DNA from: Trichodesmium erythraeum IMS101 | GTDB lineage: Bacteria > Cyanobacteriota > Cyanobacteriia > Cyanobacteriales > Microcoleaceae | Length of the DNA stretch: 32,000 nucleotides | Assembly (NCBI RefSeq): GCF_000014265.1 | Contig: NC_008312.1 | Coordinates: 660,001 to 692,000, forward strand | Direction of reading: 5' to 3' | Shown here: piece by piece, positions 27,517 through 32,000 of the stretch | How the letters are laid out: the number at the start of each line of letters is the position of its first letter | Position numbering within the stretch: position 1 is the stretch's first letter | The notes under the pieces: model-generated | Databases searched by the model: none | What the model was told of the DNA's origin: nothing | The model's input: the letters and a program-made list of their open reading frames with translations, nothing else | Position numbers and translations under genes: made by a program

Positions 27517-28122
27517 ATGGAATTAAAAACTTCTCCCAATCCATCTAAACCATTGATATTGGATAACCTACCAAATATATCTCTCCCTAATAGTGGGTGT
27601 CCCCGAAGAACTAAGACTCAAATCGATTTAATGCTTTTGGCAATTGAAGCCCTACAACTAGGAGGAGCTGAAGCTATGCTGAAAGTTGTCAAAGAACTGG
27701 AACTACAAGAGATTATTCTATCTCGGGTAGTTTTGTGGCGACTGCGTAGTACAAATCCTTTACGTCAAAACAGCCAACGCCTTCCCTTGACACTGATCGA
27801 AGCGAAAGCCCTAGTAATTATTGTTTGTTACTTGGCCAAACGCTTAACTGTTCCAATTAGGAAACTTTTGCTTGACTATCAGCAGTTAAGCCAAAAACAG
27901 TTACCGATAGAAAGTCATTTACAATTATCCTTTTATTTAGAACAGTTTAGAGTACACTTTCGTAGCCGTATGAATCCTAGACGCTCTGGTGTAATGGCCT
28001 ATAATTCGGAGGAAAAGTTAAATCAACTAGGGTTAGAATTATTGAGTAAATTACTATTTTGTACTGGTACCAGAGGTATGCAGCGGTTTTGGATAAGTCT
28101 GTTTGATGGAGAAGTTACTTGA
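27517..28122 (+). CDS. Conserved cyanobacterial hypothetical protein (possibly DUF3038 family; recalled, not verified)
   Basis: A 201-aa ORF standing alone after a 1.8-kb ORF-free gap. The motifs CPRRTKTQIDLMLLAIEAL and LLFCTGTRGMQRFWISLFDGEV resemble a cyanobacteria-restricted family as I recall it. TATAGAAT lies about 15 nt upstream of the ATG. Confidence 0.65.
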   Translation: MELKTSPNPSKPLILDNLPNISLPNSGCPRRTKTQIDLMLLAIEALQLGGAEAMLKVVKELELQEIILSRVVLWRLRSTNPLRQNSQRLPLTLIEAKALVIIVCYLAKRLTVPIRKLLLDYQQLSQKQLPIESHLQLSFYLEQFRVHFRSRMNPRRSGVMAYNSEEKLNQLGLELLSKLLFCTGTRGMQRFWISLFDGEVT

Positions 28123-28949
28123 TATCTTCCCCTGCTATTAGGTACAGGGGAGTTAGTGGTAACCGAACCTCAAGGGCGGACCGAGGTGTTGCACTTACTA
28201 AGTGCTCCGGGTTGTTTGTGCGGCTGTAATTTCTCGTCACTAGCATAAAACTTGATTCTATTCTTATCCTTGCCTCCTAATTGAGAGCAAATACTGGTAA
28301 TTTATGCGCAAAGGTTTATAGTTTCTTATAACAAAGACTACTAATAATTTTAATATCTATTGTGTCATCTTTCCTTAGAGGTACTTTGGCCTTTATCACT
28401 ATGAGTGGCCAAATTATTGATAGGTCACCTCACCCCCTGGGTCTTGCGAATGAACTTCTGTGAACTCCAATAACTAAACCGACATATTTAGTAAGAATAA
28501 TACCCAAGAAAATCTTGTAAACATTGGGAAAAGCCTCCAATGTAGAAAACTTTTTACTGTGCATTGCTAACAAAAGTTAGCACTCATAGTATTGGTCATA
28601 CAGACAAATAGTTTGATATTTTATATAGAATTTACCAAAAATCTTGGGTCTAGGGTCTAGGGCAACGTCTTTTATGAAAAGCTTTGTATTTTTAGGTAAG
28701 TGGCTACTAAATTAGTATTTGTATCCTGTTTTATCTGGAGATGACTAATGTCATATCTAATTTTAATACTATTAGTATGGATTTGGAACTATTTAAGTTT
28801 TTAGTAACCAACGAAAGTGAATTTATTCAGGGACACAAATTATTCCAAAATAAAGTGAGGATCCCTGAGAGTTTATGGCTAGGAATATGTAAACAAATTT
28901 ACGTTATTTTTCCCCTTATTTATTATTCCTAATCTTCAACTATTTCAAT

Positions 28950-30572
28950 TTAGACAGACAGAGAAATTACAGAAGGATAATTTTTTCCTGAACTAACAGT
29001 TATCGTAATAATTTTGGAGTCAATTAATCTTACTTCCCCTGGTGATTTATCTATTCCTGGATTAATTATATAAGCAGGAAAACAAGCTGCGCTTAAGCTC
29101 AATCTTATAGCATTACCTTTCTGAATTTTCATACAAGTTGGTTGCAAACAAATTGTCACAGGTAAATTATTATCAATAACCTTGATATAACCTTGAGTAA
29201 AATTGTAAACATTCCCATTTTTTGTCACTTCAGATAACACTGCAGAAAGGTCAAAACTACTTGTATCTGCTGTACAATGTAAATCTACAGAAATGTCTCC
29301 TGCTATGTGTAAATCTTCCTTGAAAAACTCAGAAGTATAAGTCAAAATATCTGTACGACAATCTAATTCTGAACGTTCAAAAGAACCAGCAGGAAACGTT
29401 GCATGACCCCCTAATGCTGGAACAGGTCGCCAAGGATCATGTACGAATTTATCATCAGCAGAAATATTAGGACAGCTTTGCGTGAGACTCCCCGAATCTT
29501 CTCTAACATTAGCAAGTCCTGTACTAGCCAAATAATAGAACTTGTAATTGTTACTCGGCCAGGAATTTAAATTACGCCATTCATTACTTCCCATCTCAAA
29601 TAAAGAAACAGGCGATCGCTCAAATATACCTGTATTTATTCCTTTGAGAAACTGATTAAACCATAATATTTGTATATCATCTATAAAACTAGAAGCTCCT
29701 AAACCATAATTTACAGCTCCTACTTTTCTGCCCCAAGGAATATGAGACCAAGGACCTACAATTAATTTTTGTAAGAATTTACTCCGACCAGCCATTTCTT
29801 TATATAAATGAATTGTTCCCCGTAAATAAGTATCAAACCAACCGCCGATATGTAGAATTGGTAGATCTACATTTTTCATATTTGGTGATAAGTTTTGCCA
29901 ATATTCACCAGGTTGATAATTTTCTATCCACTGATGATAAAAAGAATCTTTTCCATACTCATTAATCACTTCAGGTAAAGCAGGAATTGTAGTAGATAAA
30001 GGCAGATTTTTCGAAGCTTGATAAAGCTCTTGATAGGCTTGTTCATCTCCTCGTAAATGAGCAGTTTCTGTTGCTAGTTGAACTGCCCAACCTAGATTTG
30101 TTTGTAGACAAAAAGCCCCTCCTTCATAAGCCCAGTCTGTATATAAATTATAACCAATCATTGCCGGACAAATTGTTTTTATAACAGGAGATTTAGCACT
30201 AGCAGCATATAGTTGAGTCATGCCTTGATAAGAAAATCCATACATTCCTATTTCCCCAGTGCTACCTGGTAAATTTGCAGCCCAATTAATAGTATCAATT
30301 CCATCTTCAATTTCATGGGCAAATAATTCAAATTCACCCTCTGATGTACCCCGACCCCGCACATCTTGAATAATCACAATATAACCATGAGCAGCATACC
30401 ATGTTGGGTGAGCATAGACTACCGTTGAGGCGATCGCTCTGCCATAAGGTTGTCGCATTAATATTACTGGAAATTCACCTGCTGCATCAGGGCGATAAAT
30501 ATCAGCATCTAAACGTATACCATCTCTAGTAAATATAGAAGTAGTTTCTTTGGGTAAGATTTTCATTTTCAT
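28950..30572 (-). CDS. CocE/NonD-family alpha/beta hydrolase (X-Pro dipeptidyl-peptidase S15-like)
   Basis: 540 aa. DGIRLDADIYRP..FPVILMRQPYGR..GYIVIIQDVRGRGTSEG, nucleophile elbow GFSYQG, and a C-terminal beta-sandwich-sized domain. Confidence 0.85.
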   Translation of the reverse strand: MKMKILPKETTSIFTRDGIRLDADIYRPDAAGEFPVILMRQPYGRAIASTVVYAHPTWYAAHGYIVIIQDVRGRGTSEGEFELFAHEIEDGIDTINWAANLPGSTGEIGMYGFSYQGMTQLYAASAKSPVIKTICPAMIGYNLYTDWAYEGGAFCLQTNLGWAVQLATETAHLRGDEQAYQELYQASKNLPLSTTIPALPEVINEYGKDSFYHQWIENYQPGEYWQNLSPNMKNVDLPILHIGGWFDTYLRGTIHLYKEMAGRSKFLQKLIVGPWSHIPWGRKVGAVNYGLGASSFIDDIQILWFNQFLKGINTGIFERSPVSLFEMGSNEWRNLNSWPSNNYKFYYLASTGLANVREDSGSLTQSCPNISADDKFVHDPWRPVPALGGHATFPAGSFERSELDCRTDILTYTSEFFKEDLHIAGDISVDLHCTADTSSFDLSAVLSEVTKNGNVYNFTQGYIKVIDNNLPVTICLQPTCMKIQKGNAIRLSLSAACFPAYIINPGIDKSPGEVRLIDSKIITITVSSGKNYPSVISLSV

Positions 30573-30663
30573 ATTTGTAAATAGGGTTTGCTAAAAAAGT
30601 ATTTTTAGGGAGTAGGGAATAGGGACTTAGTAGCAAGGATAAAAGCAATTATAAAACAATATA

Positions 30664-31776
30664 TAGCAATCCCATATTGGTCGCAACAGATATAATAGTA
30701 AGAATAACAGATCTAAGAAAAAGACAAAAAATGAATATTATAGATAAACTAAATGATTTTATTAATCAAACAAAAGAGTCTAAAGAAATTAAAAGGGCCT
30801 TGGCCGTAAAAATGACCTTGTCAGGAAAATCCTACCATGAAGTCAAAGAATTATTAAATGTTTCTCACAGTTTTATTAGTGAATGGAAAAACCAAGCATT
30901 ATTTCATGGTGTAGAAAGTTTAAGGCTTCAGTATCAAGGGAGACAAGGTTACTTAAAAACGGTCGAAAAAGAGAAAACAATTGAGTGGTTGAGAGCACAA
31001 GATTATCTTAGGTTATCAGATTTAAAAAACTACTTACAGGAGCAATATGATGTGGTTTTTGAGTCTAATCAAAGTTACTATAACTTGTTTAAAGAAGCGG
31101 GCATAAGTTGGAAAAAAACTCAAAAAAAGAATCCTGCTAAAAATGATTAATTAGTAGAAGTTAAAAGAAAAGAAATAGAGGAATTTTTAGCTAAATGGCA
31201 ACCAGAAATAGAAACTGGAAAGCTTACAGTGTTTATGATTGATGAATGTCATCTTCTATGGGGAGACATATTAGGTTATGCTTGGGGAAAAACAGATGAA
31301 AGAATAGAAATTGCAATTAAAAATGAAAAAGAAAGACAGACTTATTATGGAGCTTTAGACTATAAAACCAAGGAATTTCTTGTGCAAGAATATGAGAGTG
31401 GAAATACTAAAAATACTATTGAATTTATTAAATATTTGCAGAAGCAAAGACCGGGCAACAAATTGGCAATATTTTGGGATGGGGCAACTTACCATAACTC
31501 TCAAGAATTTCGAGAATATTTAATGACAATTAATCAATACTTATCAGAAGAAGAATTGTTGATAAATTGTACAAGATTTGCTCCCAATGCTCCGGAGCAA
31601 AATCCTGTTGAAGATATTTGGTTACAAACCAAAAATTTCAGTATTACTTTTTATCATCTTTGCAGTTCTTTTAAAGTAGTTAAGTGGCTATTTAAGTTTT
31701 TTGCGGATGGTCAAATATTCAATTTCCCAAAACTTTTTCAGTATGAAATTTTGCCGCAACCTACTTAGGATTGCTA
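30664..31776 (+). mobile_element. IS630-family insertion sequence (~1.1 kb) flanked by a TA duplication
   Basis: Imperfect terminal repeats TAGCAATCCCATATTGGTCGC (30664-) and the reverse complement TAGCAATCCTAAGTAGGTTGC (-31776). TA at 30662-30663 and 31777-31778. The element lies about 90 bp upstream of the hydrolase start codon. Confidence 0.7.
30677..31768 (+). pseudogene. IS630-family transposase (HTH + DDE_3) interrupted by a single in-frame TAA
   Basis: Track ORFs 30677..31150 and 31229..31768 are in the same frame. The only stop between them is TAA at 31148-31150 (..NPAKND*LVEVKRKEIEEFLAKWQPEIETGKLTVFMIDECH..). DDE signatures: MIDECH, FWDGATYHNS, APEQNPVEDIW. Confidence 0.75.
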
Positions 31777-32000
31777 TAGTTCATATCAGACGAAATTTAT
31801 AAGGCATAAAACCATGATGTTCAGCTTTTCAAATTACATAATTGCAAAAAAAAATAATTAACTGAACCATATTAAATTAATTAGGAAATTTCCATAATAT
31901 CAATTTCCAAAATAATAGTATATTTAAATAGCACTTTAAATATTAATTAATCAATCCTAATTGCTATTTATTAAAACTAATTTTTTTTCAAAATTTAGTT

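Noticed and set aside
28741-28932. 63-aa ORF between the hypothetical gene and the hydrolase gene
   Set aside because: Short and AT-rich, with no RBS or domain signature. It overlaps the likely 3' region of the convergent hydrolase gene.

Overview
AT-rich cyanobacterial chromosome segment. By eye I count 14 copies of the HIP1 octamer GCGATCGC. Gene content and the RNR architecture fit Trichodesmium erythraeum best; that identification is from memory, not from a search.

Centre (9642-23198, minus strand): a single class II ribonucleotide reductase gene (nrdJ) interrupted by seven selfish elements. Three group II introns lie in the 5' part and four LAGLIDADG-type inteins in the 3' part. Only 2307 of 13557 nt (17%) encode the mature 768-aa enzyme. 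All junctions could be placed so that exon, intron and intein lengths sum exactly.

Left part: two convergent paralogous genes for secreted DUF4347/CHRD/RTX-repeat proteins. Their 3' ends plus about 0.9 kb of downstream DNA form a ~1.9-kb near-perfect inverted repeat. The repeat surrounds a ~2.4-kb core with a glyoxalase/VOC gene and nested IS1- and IS5-family wrecks. One arm carries a ~140-bp MITE-like insertion that the other arm lacks.

Right part: a peptide-type ABC permease with a tandemly duplicated 5' end, apt, a 1.8-kb ORF-free AT-rich gap, a conserved hypothetical gene, a CocE/NonD-family hydrolase, and an IS630-family element whose transposase has one in-frame TAA.

No rRNA, tRNA or CRISPR array was found. 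As far as I recall, a T. erythraeum RNR gene with four inteins and three group II introns has been published, so the mosaic gene is spectacular but probably not new. The less obvious points are listed as separate findings: RT active-site loss in both intron ORFs, a decayed paralogous intron, the gene-conversion boundary, the MITE empty site and the start-codon relocation. IR, TIR and hairpin coordinates were read by eye and are approximate.
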